DNA from: Carcharhinus longimanus
Taxonomy: Eukaryota
Reading direction: 5' to 3'
Length of the DNA stretch: 64,000 nucleotides
Assembly (NCBI GenBank): GCA_030264375.1
Contig: JASCQW010000146.1
Span: forward strand, 26,159,232-26,223,231
Below, one piece after another: positions 40,085-54,488 of the stretch. The position numbers were made by a program, and so were the translations under genes. The notes beneath the pieces were generated by a model that was not told the DNA's origin, searched no databases, and worked only from the letters and a program-made list of their open reading frames with translations. Within the stretch, counting starts at the first letter, position 1. Every line of letters begins with the position of its first letter.

Positions 40085-40392
40085 CATAGAATCTCCATAG
40101 TACAGAAGCAGGCCACTCAGCCCACCAAGTTTGTACCGACCACAATCCCACGCAGGCCCTATTCCCAGAACCCCATGCATTTAGTCTGGCTAATCTGCCC
40201 TGAACACTAATGGGCAATTTAGCATGGCCAATTCACCTAATCCACACATCTTTGGAGTTTGGGGGGAAACTGGAGCACCTGGAGGAAACCCACACAGACA
40301 CAGGGAGAATGTGCAGACGCTGCACAGACAGTGACCAAAGCTGAGAATCAAATCCAGGTCCCTGGCACTGTGAAGCAGCAGTGTCAACCCAA
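40085..40392 (-). mobile_element. HE1-like V-SINE, with an extra partial tail copy at ~39950-40080
   Basis: Reverse-complement match to the head and V-domain of the 21426 copy; tail of type ctctgcactatagga/ttctatga. Confidence 0.8.
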
Positions 40393-40619
40393 CTCTCAGC
40401 ATTCTCTATTCTCTCTCTCTCCTCAGATGCTGTCAGACCTGAGTTTCTCCAGTTTTTTTTGCATCCAGACTCTAAATGGGCTGTTTGGCGACATGAATGC
40501 AATGTTACAGCTCAGCTATTCCCCTGCCTACCACACACACTCAACCCTTCTTCCTGTGTCCAAACAAACTCTTTACAATTTAGTAGGATTCCATTCAAGT
40601 GAAACACAAGATTAACATG

Positions 40620-41480
40620 TGATGACACTTAGTGACAACACTAAGATTGGTGGCATAGCAGACAGTGAAGAAAATGATCTCCAATTGCAATGGGATCTTG
40701 ATCAATTGGGCCAGGGGGCTGATGAATGGCAAATAGAGTTTAATTTAGACAAATGTGAGGTGATGCATTTTGGTCGATTCAATCAGGGTAGCACTTAATG
40801 GTAGGGTGTTGGGGAGAGTTACAGAACAAAGAGATCTAGGGGTGCACGTTCATAGGTCCTTGAAAGTGGAGTCACAGGTGGACAGAGTGGTGAAGAAGGC
40901 ATTCGGTATGCCTGGTTTCATCAGTCAGAACACTGAATACAGGAGTTAGAATGTCCTGTTGAAGTTGTACAAGACATTGGTAAGGCCATACTTGGAATAC
41001 TATGTGCAATTCTGGACACCCTATTATAGAAAGGATATTATTAAACTAGAAAGAGTGCAGAAAAGATTTACTAGAAGGCTACTGGGACTGGATAGACTAG
41101 GACTTTTTTCTCTGGAGCATAGGAGGCTGAGGGGTGATCTTATAGAAGTCTATAAAATAATGAGCAGCACAGATCAGCTAGATAGTCAATATCTTTTCCC
41201 AAAGATAGAGGAGTCTAAAACTAGAGGGCATAGATACAAAAGTGTCCAGAGGGGCAATTCTTTCACACAGAGTGGTGAGTATCTGGAACAAGCTGTCAGA
41301 AGTAGTGGTAGAGGTGGGTACAATTTTGTCTTTTAAAAAGCATTTAGATTGTTACATGGGTTTAGAGGGATATGGGCCAAATGCAGGCAATTGGGATTAA
41401 TTTTAGGGGTTTTAAACAAAAAGGGCCACCATAGACAAGTTGGGCCAAAGGGCTTGTTTGCATGCTGTAAACCTCTGTTA
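40620..41480 (+). mobile_element. CR1/HER1-type LINE 3' portion
   Basis: DNTKIGG, KCEVMHFG, LYKTLVRPYLEYYVQFWTPYYRKDIIKLERVQKRFTR, RLRGDLIEVYKIM. Confidence 0.9.
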
Positions 41481-41654
41481 TTCAGAGAAAGTTCAGGAGG
41501 GGGCACTAGCCAATGACAAACATGTTTTAGTCACTGGACTGTATGGTGGTGTTGTGGTTAAATCACTGGAATATAAATCTGTAGCATTGGCCCATAAATG
41601 CTGAAAAAAGTGAGCTCATATTCCATCTTGGAAATTTCAAAATATTAATTGTCA

Positions 41655-42252
41655 AGCAGAGAGACCTAGGGATGCAAGTGCATAGTTTCTTGAAAGTGTT
41701 GTCACAGGTAGACAGGGTGGTGAATAAGGCACTTAGCGCACTTGCCTTCATCAGTCAGAGCACTGAATACAGAAGTTGGGATGTTGTGTTACAACTTTAC
41801 AAGATCTTAGTGAGCCCACATTTGGAGTACTGCATATAATTCTGGTCGCCCTGCTATAGGATGGATGTTATTAAACTGGAAAGGGCACAAAAAAGATTTA
41901 CAATGTTTGAATTATGGAGGAGGTGCTGGATAGGCTGGGACTTTTTTCCCCTGGGGCGGGGGGGACCTTAAGAGATTTCTTAATCATGAAGGGCATAGAT
42001 AAGGTGAATGGCCAAGGGAGTCCAAAACTAGAGTGCATATGTTTAAGGGAAGAGGAGAAAGATTTAAAAGGGACCTGAGGAGCAACTTTTTCACAGAGGG
42101 TGGTGCATATATGGAATACACTGCCAGAGGAGGTAGTAGAAGCATGTACAATTACAACACTTAAAATACCTTTAGAGAGGTGAAATGGTTGGGAAAGGTT
42201 TAGAGGCATATGGGGTCAAATGGGACTAGTTCAGTTTACGAAACCTGGTTAG
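41655..42252 (+). mobile_element. Second CR1/HER1-type LINE 3' portion
   Basis: Collinear with 40830-41440 (LYKILVSPHLEYCI..WSPCYRMDVIKLERAQKRFT). Confidence 0.85.
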
Positions 42253-43484
42253 CAAATTTCTTTGACTAATTCAGTTCATATAAATCTGGAAATTAAAAAA
42301 AATCTAAAACAAATCTACTTATTATTTTCCTATCCAGGACAATCAATCTAGATAAATTACCCAATTAAATCATTACTGAAAGTGTGTACTCATGAGAGTT
42401 TGATTTTTTGCAAGCATATATTATCTCTAATTTTAGCCCAATACCTTAAGCTCATTCTTCTTTCCTGTTATCTATGTAGTGAGTCACATTCAAAGCAATA
42501 CATTATTTGGTGTTCATTTTTTCGTATGGTGTACTTACTTCAAATCACCTCTGTAACTACCATGTTACTGTCTTGAAATGATCAGAACTTCACTCTAGCA
42601 TATAGGTTCAAATGCTCTCCAAATCACAACTCAAAACTGGAATGATAACATCTGCAATTGCATCATTATGCATTTACATGTAGTGTAATGCACAGTTCTA
42701 TTTTATATGCATTCATCTGTCTTAATGTTGAGATTCCTTGAAGTGGTTCCAGATGTTTATATAATTTGCTTAGAGGTGGAGGTTCCAGGTCAGCTGATCA
42801 TTTAATGGCTCAGAAACCTAGGGAAACCAGGTTAATTGAAAAAGAGATGCTTGTTGAGCAAAGCTCCAAGGCTAAGCAGATCTTCAGCCTGTAAGCTATG
42901 GGCCGCACAAATCACAAGGTAAATTACATCTTCAAATGCAAGAGAATCGGGGTGCTTTTAAGACNNNNNNNNNNACTTTACAATAGTCCTTAATACAACA
43001 AATCTGTTACAGTTCCAATGTTTGAGGCTAACAAGGGATAAATAGAATATTTGCATAATAAGTGCGCTGCTGTTACAATATTTAGCATGTAGCATGGGCT
43101 CAGGTTATCACGCCTCAGCCAGATGTACTTTCTCAAACCTCCAAGCCTTCACTGATGTTGTGATCATTAATCCAACCTATATGCCTCCTTAGGATTCTGA
43201 GCAATTATAGCATAGCCTTCTTTAGATAGAATTGGTTCTACCACCTCTTTAGGTTTAAGGGTCAATTGCTTTCACTTTTTAGCCCTATGCTAAGAAAGTA
43301 CAGGAGCTGCCTCTAAGCAAAGTATAGCTGCTTTTAATAATGAATTGTATAAACCAAGAAGCTACTGTTCATGATTTTGACAAATCCACATTTTTACACG
43401 AGCAGTTTGTAATTGTCATGAGAAGAGAATGCTGCCAATGTAACAATAAAGATGTGCTTAAAAAGTTGTTGTTCTTTCAAATTG

Positions 43485-43930
43485 AAAAGTCATCCAGTTC
43501 AGAAAGGAAGGGAAGGGAAGATTGTGTTGAGGTTCTGGCCATAATTTTCCAAACCTCCTTGGATGCAGCAGTAGTGATTGAGAACTAAAGGATTGTAAAT
43601 GTTATAACGTTCCAACAAAAAGGGATAAATTCAGTCATTACAACACAAGTCAGTCTAAAAGGTGACACAAACATTTACAATTACTAAACTAGGACAAAAT
43701 TAATTATTTTTGAATGTCTGCACGAGTAAAGTCAGCATGGATTTCTTAAAGACAAATTGTTGTTTGACTAACTTAAACCAGGACAAATTTAATTAGCATT
43801 TTGGAAAGTATGCACTAAAAAGTCAGCATGGATTTCTTGAAGACAAACAGTTAATAGACTAACTTGATCAGGTTTTTTGTTCAACAGAAGTACCACATAT
43901 TGGACCACTTAGCAAAGTTAAAGTTCATAT
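43485..43930 (+). mobile_element. Old CR1-type LINE fragment with internal ~85 bp tandem duplication
   Basis: SQHGFLKDK motif (aagtcagcatggatttctt) occurs twice, near 43729 and 43820. Confidence 0.6.
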
Positions 43931-46113
43931 CATTACAGGGAAAGAACAAGATAGTGGAATTAATTACATCGCTCTCCAAAGAGCAGGTACAGGCCCAATG
44001 GGTTTAATGGCCTTTTTACCAAATAGTTATGGGAAATCTTGTGCCCTCCCTAGTGGTCGATCAGCATTTAATCAGGTAGCAGGCATCTGGACTTCATCAG
44101 GGGAGGGAGAAATTTTGTCAGCTGTGTGGTAATCCATTACAAGCCACAATCAAGCTTCGTGAGCAATATTTCCAACTCCAATTCTCTTCCCACACTGAAT
44201 GGTGCACTATGGAAGACTTTCATCTGTTTCCAGGTAATTCCCAGAACAGGTCACTTGTCTGTTGCCAGCGCCTGAAAGCTCAGGATGTCAAACCACAGTA
44301 TGGCTGACCAGGAGTCTCTCCCACTCTCTCCACCAGCTACTGGGAAACTAAATACAGCAAAGAAACAGGCTATTCAGCCCTCCAGGTCCGTGTCAATCAT
44401 GATGCCCTAAAAGAAAAACCTTTTGTCCCTACTTGGACCATATCCCTTTATTCACGTACCCATCCAGATGCCTTTTAAACTTTGCTGATGTGCCTGCTTC
44501 CACCATCTCCTCTGGCAGTGTGGTCCCAGGCACTCACCACTCTGCATGAAAACCATTCCCCCTCTCATGTTTGGAAGGATTTGAAGGTTTGTACACCTGT
44601 TGACAACATTATGAATGCACCTTCCTCAGCCATCAATTCCTGGGAATGGGATTCGAACCCAGAGCTTCTGGCTCAGAGGCAGGGATAGTACCCATTGTGC
44701 CAAAAGACAAGTGAGCACTATAGAAAACATAAATCATTTGGACAGTCTCAGGTTGGCTGTAACTGAGGCACATTAATAAGATGTACATAAACAGGTGGAG
44801 GGATTTAGATTAATTTCCTTAGTTTACACTTTATTTCCATCACATTATTGAAACTCAAGACATATAATCAAGACAATCTATTCACTATTCAGTTGCTTGT
44901 GTTTAAAGTTAATTGCATTACAGCAATTTTTAATGAAATACATTTATTTCAATCTTCAAAACAAACATTAACAGTAACTGCAATGCAGCCTTCAAAAATA
45001 GCGGGGATTACACACCATCAGTCCAATAATAGCAAACACATTTTTATTTTCTTCTTAAAACCATGGTTGCATTTCTGGAGTCGTGAAAGCAAAATTCTAA
45101 ATCTGGAAACTATAACATAAAAGCTTAAGTGGATATCAACAAAAAAAAAAGCATCCAATCAACTTCAACTATATCCATGTTAACACAAGTTCCAAGCAGC
45201 GAAAAAACCTCCATTCACTGGATTGATACTCAAATGGCACAAAAGTGTTCATGGTTATGTAATCTAATGCACAAAGGTATATGGAAAGACAGCAACTTGC
45301 AGGAAAAATGGGAAAGAATGGATAGATTACATATGACTGATAGATGTTATTGGATCATTTCATTCATTAAAAATCAATACATTTTGGCTCTGCTCCTGAT
45401 CTGTGATTGTGCTCGTGTTACAGAAGTCCCTCTTCATAATAATTTCAAGAGCATTGACGCTTTTTGTGGTGCTCAAAAAGCAGTGTAATGGATTTACTGG
45501 ACTCTGAAGAAACTAGTCCCCATCCATTACAAAATCAATGAGGTCTCCAAATTTAGGTACATAGATTTTCATAATCTTGATTAGACATCACGGTGCACTT
45601 TTTAAAAAAATTCAGTTAACCTTAAAGAGATGCTTTTCTGTTTTATGGTTTATGAAAAATATTACTGCTCGAGAATCTTATGGTAATAGGAGCAGAGCAA
45701 TGTCACAAGCAATGGATTATTCTGATGTGTGGATTTTGAGAAGCAGGCACAGGAGTAGATTTTCAGCATTTTTCAAATCTTATTGTTAATGTAAAATAAA
45801 ATTAGGCATTTAATTTTAATAGAAAATATCCTGTTTTGAGGCCAAGAATATTAAATACCATTCTAAATCAGGATATTAGCATTTATGAATCAAAGCAGCA
45901 ACTGCAGACTCCAATTAAACAGCAAATGTTACCTCCTTATTAATCATCTGTTCATCACACGTTTGTCGCAGTTGTTTGGCGCTTAAATAATGTGCCAGTC
46001 TATTCCACTGGGCATTTACTGTAGGATGCCCAGGTATTCTGGAAGTGCATTTTTCTTGGTAGGGTAGTGCAGTTTTTACATTTTATGCACACTATAGCAT
46101 CAGAAGTCACATT

Positions 46114-46215
46114 TTAAGCAATGAAGTGTGTCTGAGGAGTGATGAGGTCAATTTTGTGATCTGTAGGGTTGGCAGAAGCTTCATATGTACAAAGCGTCAC
46201 TTCATGTCTGTGGCC
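46114..46215 (-). CDS. PITHD1: PITH domain-containing protein 1, last coding exon
   Basis: acag|GGC..TAA, 102 nt; GHRHEVTLCTYEASANPTDHKIDLITPQTHFIA*; candidate minus-strand AATAAA at 44943-44948 and 44830-44835. Confidence 0.95.
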   Translation of the reverse strand, partial: GHRHEVTLCTYEASANPTDHKIDLITPQTHFIA

Positions 46216-47737
46216 CTGTCACAAAAAGGAAAATTTCATTTTGTGTTACTCAGTTCTAGCAGAGGATTATTTTCTTATTTATTTTGTTTAAAAATATAAT
46301 TTCTTTCTGTCCATCAAGGGACTGATGTCAGTGACGTGGAAGACAAACTATTTAAAGTATTGCTTTCAAGTATTTAGGTAAAACACAAATTGTATTACAC
46401 AGAGAAACCATTTAATTTAGCTGAATAATATGCATTTACAACGGCTAATACATCCATGAAATATTTTCATTTTGCACCCAAATACCTTAATGCTCTGTGT
46501 AAATAAATACTATCAATTTAGAGGCACACTATGGGACTGTTCTGTGTTCTAGACAAAATAGGAACGGAGTTGAGAAAATTTTCAACTTCATTGAAGTGGT
46601 TTAGATTCAAAGCTTAAGCCTCAAAAGAATTAAACCAACATTTTACCCAATTTACACCTCTGCTTCAAAAAACAATTTTAATTCTTCAAATGCTGGAGGT
46701 GGCATGGTGCTGACTGCAATGTTGTTTTAATTAAAAATAAAATTACCACCCTCCATAACCATGTTCTATAACCCTTTCTTTTGATCTTCTTTAAAAACCA
46801 CTTTTGCAACTGAACGTTTGGCCACACCCCCTGAAATCTTTATATTTGACTTAGTGTCCATTTGTTGTTTTGTGCCCATGACATGTCCTGGGATGTTATA
46901 CAAGTGGAAATGGAAATTGAACAGCAAGATGCTACATTTGCCCCCCTGTGATGTGTTCTGCATTAATCACCACCTGCTGACACACAGACACATGCCAAAC
47001 TGCTAGTTAGTTAAAAAGTAGTAAAAATAAATCTGCAAGTGAGTTTGGTGGCTAAATGCATCAAACAATGTCCTGAGTCAGATGCCTGCTTTGCATTCAA
47101 TTTATGTCAAGTGATGTTCTAATTAGCCTTAGTACCTCTGGCTAAGGAATAGAACAAACCACGTGTTTTAAAAGTTCTCATTGTTGATTATTACTCAGTC
47201 GTGGATCTGCAGAATGGACCTTAAGGTGACAACAGGAACTGGATCAACTCTGATGTCCTTAGGATTAAAAAGTAAATAGTTCACCAACATTGCCTCTCCT
47301 CAACTCATTTACAGACGGCCATGTCATGAGGGTACCAGAAGGATACTGAAGCCTGTGGAAATTAATCCAACTATAAATCACTTCAAGAGAAGAAGGGTAA
47401 AAGGAACGAGAAATAACTTTTCACTGCCAATCAGATTTCCAGGAGTTGAAGCAGGATTATTCACTGATTCACATGGAAATTATCCAGTGTATTTCATTTG
47501 ATCATAAGCCTTGCATACTTCAAAATACTGCAGGGTAATATATACAACAAGCCCCAGTGAAATTACATATTATTTCACTGAAAATATCAAGTGCTTTTCC
47601 AAGGCTGTCAATCTCAAAGTGACATTAGTATTTGCTATGCAATATCACTAAGGTGCAAGATAAAAACAAGATGTAAACTCATGCCAGTGAATGCTTTATA
47701 ACTTTTCAAAACTATTTTTAATATTTTTCAGTCTCAC

Positions 47738-47846
47738 CTCTGACCATTCCCCTCGCAATCCTACATAATAGATTTTTGTAATCTCTGCACCAAAATTCTT
47801 GGTGATGTGAATGGAAAGATGGTGAACATTGGAGAAACGAGCTATC
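47738..47846 (-). CDS. PITHD1: PITH domain-containing protein 1, exon 5
   Basis: ttag|G ATA..GAG|gtgag, 109 nt; (K)IARFSNVHHLSIHITKNFGAEITKIYYVGLRGEWSE. Confidence 0.96.
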
Positions 47847-48786
47847 CTAAAAAGAAACAAAACATACAAGTGGAAATATTAAAAAGTATTGAACCTGCTG
47901 TAGTTACTAATTAGGGTATAAGTAATGCAATATACTATTTTCAACATGTAATAGTGCACAATTATAAAGTGGTCTCGATTGAATTGTACAACTTTAAAAT
48001 ACCAATAGGATATATGTTGATGGCTTTTGCAAATGTAAAAGAATAATTATGCCTATTTTAGCAATTTTGATTACATTATTCAATACACTTGCTAAGTGCC
48101 TGTACAGAGTATGACAGCAAAATAATTTGGCTGGCCTGCAAGGAACAATGTAGGAGATAGGAATGTTTTGGACGCACAGCTTTCTGAAAGTGATGCATCT
48201 TTGGCCGCCTTTGATGGCAAACAGCTGGTTACCAATGCAGCTTTTGGAGGTGCTGGTTAAAACCATCTACTTTGTTGGTGTGTTGCTTCTGGAAGCAGGA
48301 ACACTGCACTACTTACATTTACCTTTTGTCACTTTGGACTGGTCATCAGTATCAAACTATAAACAAATGGGCAAGGACTGAACTTCAACTTGTACTGAAT
48401 TTTCAACAGGTCTTTTTTTATTGCTGTAGTGACCATGTTGTGACTATCTAAATTAATTACACCCTCAGTATATGAGAACTTTCATCCAAGCAGTCTGGAT
48501 CTGAACCCAAGTTCCAAAGGATCAGCGTGCTAACCCATACTATATATACACACACACACACTCCTACCAAAGCAATATTGGCAAAATTATGCAACAGTTT
48601 TTGAGATAACCAGATCTGCTAAAATATATCAGTTCCAAAATATATTAACATCCAGCAAATTCTGGAAGATTACTGTGATTATTCTATTACAATCTGTCAA
48701 GCAAAACCAGAATTTAATAAATAATCTCCTATGGACCATTATTTATTAACTTCCAATAACAAGCATTTAATTTCAGTTCCACATTA

Positions 48787-49109
48787 TAGAATTCCTATAG
48801 TACAGAAGGTGGTCATTCGGCCCATTGAGTCTACACCGACTCTCCAACAGAGTATCTTACTATCACACCACCCTGCTCTATCCAATGGCTAATCCATCTA
48901 ACCTACTCATCTTGGGAAACTAAGAAGCAATTTACTATGGCCGACTGATCTAACCATTGGACTGTGGGAGGAAATCGGAGCACCCAGAGGAAACCCACGC
49001 AGACTCAGGAGAAAGTGCAAACTCCATGGATAACCACCCAAGGCCGGAACTGAACGCAAGTCCCTAGTACTGTGAGGCAGCAGTGCTAACCACTGCCGCC
49101 ATGCCGCCC
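48787..49109 (-). mobile_element. HE1-like V-SINE
   Basis: Minus strand gggcggcatggcggcagtggttagcactgctgcctcacag head and V-domain tggagtttgcac..gtgggtttcctc. Confidence 0.8.
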
Positions 49110-50097
49110 TTGATTATCAATTCAAGACATTTCAGGGGTTGGGGTAGGGATGGTGAAGTAGGGTAATAGTATAAAAGCCCCTTATTTTAAATTTACTATA
49201 ATAGTAGACAGGGTAAGGTAAAGATTACAAGGTGCCTTAGAAGGATTCACTATTGCCTAATACAATATGCAAAGGTATTGTCTGTATAACCACAAATTTA
49301 ACCAATTATGAAATTAAACTGTATTCCTGATGTGCTTTGTAAACCTTCACTAATGGATGATCTAACTGCTCAGCTTGATGGGAAATAGACAGTAATAGAC
49401 AGACCAAATTCTTTTGAGACAATGGAGTAGCAAGAGCAGTTCTCCTCCACCTTGAGTCAAGCAGCTGCAAGTTAATCAAGGCTTTGGAATAAATGGGAAT
49501 GCATTAGCTCATGGTTAGAGGTTGGTAATGGGACCAGACATTAGCAATAAATTTGACTCTGCTTACCAATTAAAATTTGCAGGTGATAGCAATATCCTTG
49601 CATCTACCAGATTTATATAGTTAGATTTCCTAGTAACAAGGAAAGAACTTTCAGGTGCAATGGACTAAGGAACTCCTAATCTTGCTGATAGGTAGAGTGT
49701 TACTAGCTAACGTAATAATATGCAATATGGCAATTGGACCCTCCAGTGTGAGTGACAACCTGGGCAGGAAATAAAAATGTTCAGAAGAGTTTATTCATCT
49801 CACACTTGTACTGTAATGTCAGAAAGGGTAGCTGGTGCTTGCTGACTATCTTTTCTCCTTCTTTTCACTCTAACTACATGGTGTCTTTCGTGGCTCCTCC
49901 TCGTGAGAACTGATCTTCAACACTGGTGCAAAACAGGACTGTATAAACCGATAGCCAACTTTTACAATGCTTGATTTTTCTCAATTAGAAAAACGGATTT
50001 GGTGTAAAACAGGCTAGCAATTCGTCGAACGTGTTTCAAATTACTGGTGAAGAGCACTTTCACTTTTTTAAAAAATGCACAACAAAAATGGACATAC

Positions 50098-50202
50098 TTC
50101 GTGGTATATTCCAACTCCCCTGTGAGATCTCGGCTAAGCGGAAACACTTGATCAGGTTCTCTACCCGTGTCATCAAATGACATATGTGGGATGTTCTTGT
50201 AC
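50098..50202 (-). CDS. PITHD1: PITH domain-containing protein 1, exon 4
   Basis: tcag|G TAC..ACG AA|gtatg, 105 nt; (L)YKNIPHMSFDDTGREPDQVFPLSRDLTGELEYTT(K). Confidence 0.96.
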
Positions 50203-53176
50203 CTGATGGAAAGAAAAGAATTGATTAGTATATTCTATATCACTTGCAGAAAATTTGCAAGTGTATAAACATTAGGAAAGATAACATTTCCAGATTCATT
50301 TCTTTATTTTTCTTCCTTCTGTCACAATGATGTGATTTATGCATGAATTACATTAATCTGTAATCTCACTGGCTAAGCATATACTGAACTGTTTAAAAAG
50401 GAAAAATGACTTAAGATACTGACTAAAGAAGGCTGCCACAAGTCACCTAACAACTGGTACTGTAAGTTGGCCAGTTCCACAGTGAATTGCAATTCAGACA
50501 TGCCCAGGCAACTTCATGAAATTTCACACCAGATGTTCAAGAACTACTTTGAAAGGATTTAGTGAAAAATGTACCAGACTTAATATTTCTGAAAGACTAT
50601 GCTCCAATGAAACAAAGTCTGCTAGAACCCTTTGGCATCGAGATAACTGGGGGGGATATTCACACTGGCAGGATTTTCAGATCCCATTACTGTGCACTCC
50701 CTCATGCTGGTTTCATGGTGGCATGGGTGACATCAATGGGAAATTCCATTGACAGTGACAGGACCAAAGAACCCCGTCACTATTAAATACACACAGCTGA
50801 GAAAATTTCTAATACAGCAAGGAAGCTGCAAACAATGTAAATAGTCTAGAAAAGCTGCCAATGAATCATTAAGGATCTCCCTTTTCTCCTCTCCCAAGAT
50901 AAAATCCTATCTCTTGCAGTTTAGAAATCCAGCACAGAGTTAGTGGATTTTCCACCAAAATGAAACCGGAGTGCAAAGTTCATTTACTTCTGGAACAGAC
51001 TAAAAATAACTTGTTTCCAGCAACTTTAATTATAGAGGCGTCAACTCAACTCCTGGAATATTTAAGGAACTTTGCCACAGTCACAATGCCCAGTCAATGA
51101 TTCAAACAGTGAGCTCTCAAGTTTCTAACCTTTCAGCATTAAATAATTTGGCAAAGAAATTACTTACTGTATATAACTTGTAAACATTGCAAGCGTGTCT
51201 GTGTGCAAAGGTGGGATGCAAAAGTGCGAGAAGAATAGCTTTACGTTTTTAAGTATTTTGCTACCTCTACTTGGGTGGATTTTTAATCTAAAAACAAATT
51301 TTTATTTTAAACCTCAAATGTCTGTCAGATTTGTTACTTTGCAATCAGTACGTAAATAGTTAAACAAGACATTGGGTAAAATTCTTCCATCCTTCTAAAT
51401 TCAAGAAAACTCCATTCTGGTCAGACTTAGGGTGTTAACAGAAGGGAATCAAATTGTAACCCTCCTCATATTCACAGAAAGCCAGCTTCCTTCATCTTGT
51501 GCTTATAACTAGCTACATTGTGGTACAACATTAATTATGATTTAATCAGTTGGCAATGTGTTTGCTGCAAGTCATGAGGATACAATTACATGTAGCTCTA
51601 TTATAATCCTCTCTGAATACAACACAGACAGACTAAAAACGTTCTCAGCTAGTGTAAAAAAAAAACAGGAGCAGTAGACCATATAGCACATCAAACCTGC
51701 TCAGCCACTCAATACAGCCAACCCTGGCTGATCTATGGATTTCTCACCACTCCTATATTCTTTGATTCCCTGTGAGACCAATTATCTGTCTATCTCAGCA
51801 TAAATTTATTCAGTAATGGAATATCACAATCCTCTGGGGAAGACAATTCCTAAGAGGCTACTACTATATTTTCCATCTGAACTAACATCCAAGAAAATCA
51901 AACTTGTCAAAATGTATTTATAATTTACCTCATTCCACTGGATCACCTGCTGCCCTGCACAGGCTTCCCTCTTTGTACTTCCACAGCCCCCAACACTACA
52001 ATCACACAGTGTGTTCTGCTACACTCTCCAGCTGGACAGCTTGTCCCATGTTGTGGGAAGTCATATTTCTGGTCATAACCAAGAAATACTTGTATATTGC
52101 ACAAGGGTTACTGCATCTTTACTGTCATTGTTAAAGTTCAAACTTGAAGACCAACCTAAGGAATTTCATCCTAGTCTGAAGAAAAGGCATTCCTAGTAAA
52201 CTGGTTTCAAGTTCAAGTGTTCACTGAATGAAGGAAATCACATTAAGACACATGTTACACTTATGCCACAATTGCCAAGTTTACAATATACATTCAGTAT
52301 GCAATTTGGAAACTTCTCTTGCTCTGTATTGAAAAACTGTTATTAAATCTTTTGGGTCTAAACAGACTTAATAGCCTTTATTTTCCCCTCTCTTTGCACA
52401 TTTCACTGCTTATATCCCTGACTGTACCTGCTCTCCTTTGCCACTGTGGCACCCAAGGATCTCCACCCCATATATTGCAGATCATAATTCAACTAGTGAA
52501 GATAAATAATTGGGGCCCTTCCAGGGTTGCCAACAACCCAAGAACATTTCTTTGGGAACAAGCAAGTATTTTTATATAGCACTTCCTACAGAATATTAAA
52601 TAAGGTGCAGAGTCTACAGCAAAATAAATCATCTGTGGAAAGGCTAGGCTTGATGGGTTGAATGGTTTCTTGTGTACATATAACGTCAGTCATTCACTAA
52701 GCATGAAGTGTTTANNNNNNNNNNTTTATGTGGGGACACAATGTTGAATACATTTTTGTGATTCAGTGTTGCAGGTCGGTAAATTATTCAGATCCACCAT
52801 TTTTAATCCCCACAACAGCTCAAGTTAAATGCTTTCAAAATACAGCATTCATTAGCAATTTGTCACAGTATACAAAAAATCTCCCACTGGTTCATTGGGG
52901 TTGCATATTTGTAAAGGCTGGGATAATTTTAGTTAGGCTAACAATCACTTTTAGAGCATTCAACAGTTTAGTTAATCAGTAAAAATATAGCTTTCAATTA
53001 GATGATTACGTCCAAAGACAAGTACACATATAACTCTCACCTAGAACCATCTAAAGATTGAAAGTTTCATAGCAAAGGCATAAGAACCTATTCCATAGTT
53101 AAATACAATTCCAGTTTTTAAATGGATATATTTTAATGAAGTTAAATAGCTTAAAATAAAACGTTCTTTCACTTAC

Positions 53177-53254
53177 AATCTCATTTCTGATGGATGGCTG
53201 TCATCATCTTCCCCCATTATTATTATTCCTTTCAGCTTCACATTGCCTGTGAAA
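53177..53254 (-). CDS. PITHD1: PITH domain-containing protein 1, exon 3 (exons 1-2 not seen; probably beyond the window end)
   Basis: tcag|T TTC..AGA TT|gtaag, 78 nt; (P)FTGNVKLKGIIIMGEDDDSHPSEMR(L). Confidence 0.96.
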
Positions 53255-54179
53255 CTGAAACAAAATGAACAGTAATTATCATCTTACACACCTCCCCTGA
53301 TCTAGGGCTTTATTCTGGTATGTGCAGCAGATCTCCTCCATAACTCACTTTAAGCAAACAAGTATGTTTCAAACAAATTGAGTCTGAAACAAATCTTAGA
53401 TCCATCACTTGACAGATCGGTTCAGCCTTGCGCTCCTTGAATCTCGTGACTGGCTCCCTATCCTCAGTGCTCCACCCTGTCCTCTCCTCTAGAACTCACT
53501 CTATTGCTGCTTTCAGTGAAGCTTTGTCCAAACCTTGCTGGTCCCATATTTTTTCTTCTGTTCAAAGCATTGTAAATTCCAACTTAAGAAATGCCAATTG
53601 TATGTATTCTGTACAATAAAAGCTAGCAAATGAGACTCAGGCTCCAATTCAGCTTTTTCATTCTGTACAAATTCATGAACTGGTCAGACTTTTCATGGGG
53701 TTGGATTTAATGCAGCTCACTATGTTGGGAACTAAGAAATCCTAGCCTGCTTGGAGGCCCTTCATCAACTTTCCACTGGGAGGAGAATCTCCCTTTATTA
53801 GGCACAGGACAAATGAAACAGATGTGGAATCCCTGACGAGTGGTGGTGGGATGTCAATTAGACTCATTTAAGAGCCTATTGACACCCATTATCTCACCAC
53901 AATTTAGTGATGCCTTGGGGATTTAACAGGAGGCACACAGCTTTCCTACACCTTTGAAAGTCCATCCAGCAAAGCCTGTCAGGCTTTACCAGCGGCTTCT
54001 GGGGATGGCATTCCCTCTTTATCAAGAGCCCTGAGCCCAATTGAGGGATCTGACATCAGGAAGGAGAAGAGCCACTGAAAGGCATGCCCTGCTCTTGCCT
54101 CAAAGACCTATTGCCCCCTCCCTCATCTCACGCTTGCTCACTTTTGGTCTCAGGTCCCATGTTTCTGGGCATCTGGTGG

Positions 54180-54488
54180 GAGGCAGTGGCATACCAATTG
54201 TCACTCAACTAGTAATTCAGGGTGAGATCTGGGGACCACAGCAGATGACGAAGTGTGAATTCAATAAAAACAAATCTGTAATTAAATGCCTCATGATGAC
54301 CAAACTATTGTTGATTGTGGTTAAAAACACAACTGGTTCACTAATGTCCTTTAGGGAAGGAAATCTGCAATCCTTACCTGATCTGGCCTGCTTGTGACTC
54401 CAGATCCACAACAATGTGGTTGACTCTCAAAATGCCATCTGAAATGGAGGGCAGTAAGGGACAGGCAAATAAATGCTAGCCCAGCCAG
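54180..54488 (+). mobile_element. SINE-like repeat interrupted at its 3' tail (tail resumes at 63360)
   Basis: Core ggttcactaatgtcctttagggaaggaaatctgc; tail ggcaaataaatgctagcccagccag stops abruptly at LTR sequence. Confidence 0.65.
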